Positions 35,497 to 36,717 of a stretch of DNA of 36,717 nt are shown one piece after another. The notes under the pieces are model-generated. The model did no database searches. It had not been told where the DNA came from and saw nothing but the letters and a program-made list of their open reading frames with translations. How positions within the stretch are numbered: position 1 is the first letter of the stretch; each line of letters opens with the position of its first letter. Both the position numbers and the translations under genes were made by a program. The stretch is from a virus (lineage: Duplodnaviria > Caudoviricetes): IMG/VR virus record IMGVR_UViG_3300047400_000088, positions 1 to 36,717 of that record; one strand, given 5' to 3'.

Positions 35497-35507
35497 AAAG
35501 GGATATA
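35482..35507 (+). promoter_or_regulatory. Putative phage late promoter, copy 4 (TACCA-N12-AGGGATATA)
   Basis: Ends 5 nt before ATG 35513. Confidence 0.55.
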
Positions 35508-35512
35508 TGAGT

Positions 35513-36205
35513 ATGCAACTACCGAAGTCATGGGCAGAAGTTACCATCGGGCAGTTCATTGAGGCCCGGCAGGTGCTATCTGCTGAATACACGCTGGAGA
35601 TAGACCGGCAGGTGAATCTGCTTGCGGTGTTCAGCGGTAAGGGCAAGGCAGAGATCGAGGACATGCCGATGAACGAGTTTAAGCAGGCCGTAGAGCGGCT
35701 GGCATTCCTTTCCGACCCCTCCACTATCAGTACCAAGATACCGGCATTCTTCACGCTAAAGGGCCGCATTTATGACGTTCACCGTAACATGAACACGATC
35801 ACGGCCTACCAGTTCGCCGACCTGAGCAGCCTGACGGCTGACCCGAAGGTGATAACTGACAACATGCACAAGATACTTGCCGTGCTGTGTGTGCCACGGA
35901 AATACGTCTGGATGAAGGGCAAGTACGATGGCGAGGCTATGCCGGCGGTGGCAGAGTTGTTCTACCGGCGGTTATCCATCGAAGTGGCGCATCCGCTGTG
36001 TGTTTTTTTTTGCAATCTTTTGCCGGCCTTGCAAAAAACTACGCTGGACTATTCGGAGAAGCAACTACGGCAGATGGAGAAGACGATGTTGAAGGAGTTG
36101 AAGACGATCCAGCGGAGGCGTTCGCGCGAACGTGGGGCTGGCACTTCACCTTCGACGCGCTTGCCGGAGGGGATCGGACAAAATGGGATTTCTTCGGAAA
36201 CATGA
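35513..36205 (+). CDS. Tail assembly chaperone (G-like, zero-frame product)
   Basis: MQLPKSWAEVTIGQF...; contains T9 slippery run at VFF. Confidence 0.65.
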   Translation: MQLPKSWAEVTIGQFIEARQVLSAEYTLEIDRQVNLLAVFSGKGKAEIEDMPMNEFKQAVERLAFLSDPSTISTKIPAFFTLKGRIYDVHRNMNTITAYQFADLSSLTADPKVITDNMHKILAVLCVPRKYVWMKGKYDGEAMPAVAELFYRRLSIEVAHPLCVFFCNLLPALQKTTLDYSEKQLRQMEKTMLKELKTIQRRRSRERGAGTSPSTRLPEGIGQNGISSET

Positions 36206-36303
36206 AGGCTATAGAGTTTCTCAACACATTGGCCTTCTTTAAGGTGAAGCGGCAGCGCGAGGAAGAGCGTATCCGGCAACTTAAAAGCAGGGCCAATGGC
36301 TGA
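36003..36303 (+). CDS. Tail assembly chaperone T-like segment reached by -1 frameshift
   Basis: T9 at 36003-36011 (T TTT TTT heptamer at 36004-36010); open -1 frame FLQSFAGLAKNYAGLFG...WGW...ALAGGD..KWD with no ATG start near the slip site. Confidence 0.7.
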
Positions 36304-36717
36304 AGGCGAGATCATACAGCGCACCATGAATGAGGTGCTGAACGACTACGGGGAGCGTGTCGTGGCGGCCCTGAAGGACAACCTGGAGTTTCGAAAGAAG
36401 CTGGCCAGCCGTCGCCTGTCGGATAGCATCAGGTTCAAGATCATGAGCCTTGTGGATACGACCACCTTCGAACTATCGCTGGCCGATTACTACAAATTCG
36501 TAGATAAAGGGCGCGGCCCCACCAAGAGCGGAGGCGGCCCGATAAAAGGCCCGCTGGACTGGGGAAAGCCCAGCCTGCGCAAGAACATCCTGCAATGGAT
36601 GACCTACAAGGGCATCCAACCGAGCGCACAGCAGGGATACGGAAAGAACAAGGCAGCGGGCAAGGTCAGCACGGCTACCGCGCTGGACAAGGCGCGCGAG
36701 ATGGCCTACCTCATCAG
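36296..36717 (+). CDS. Neck/tail-completion-type protein (HK97 gp10-like), continuing to 314 across the junction
   Basis: MAEGEII...ASRRLSDSIRF...YYKFVDKGR.P...; open to the window end. Confidence 0.6.
   Translation, partial: MAEGEIIQRTMNEVLNDYGERVVAALKDNLEFRKKLASRRLSDSIRFKIMSLVDTTTFELSLADYYKFVDKGRGPTKSGGGPIKGPLDWGKPSLRKNILQWMTYKGIQPSAQQGYGKNKAAGKVSTATALDKAREMAYLI
36552..36717. repeat. Terminal direct repeat (right copy)
   Basis: Matches 1-166 with one synonymous difference. Confidence 0.95.

Noticed and set aside
1-36717. Stop-codon reassignment, tRNA genes, introns or inteins
   Set aside because: Standard-code ORFs tile the genome at expected lengths; no cloverleaf, intron or intein signatures noticed by eye

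Overview
The window is an apparently complete, circularly permuted ~36.55 kb dsDNA tailed-phage genome. Bases 1-166 repeat at 36552-36717 and all credible genes lie on the + strand. TAnnTTTG promoters and A-rich leaders without Shine-Dalgarno sites point to a Bacteroidota host. Modules in order are: tail/head morphogenesis in an unusual gene order, tail fibre and lysis genes (with a DUF2829/Tad2-like gene), an early region containing a hammerhead ribozyme, lambdoid-style recombination/replication genes, an AT-rich nucleotide/DNA-modification island, a sigma factor fused to a glycosyltransferase plus two more glycosyltransferases, terminase, and a -1 frameshifted tail chaperone. I found no DNA polymerase, integrase or clear CI repressor. 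The most notable items are: (1) the island, which combines a thymidylate-synthase homologue carrying the cytosine-specifying Asp with thymidine-hypermodification-type enzymes and a BGT-like/SGNH hybrid protein; (2) the sigma-glycosyltransferase fusion together with four copies of a candidate late promoter, each exactly 5 nt before an ATG; (3) a hammerhead ribozyme whose 5' half is triplicated. All family assignments come from motif recognition by eye, not from database searches.
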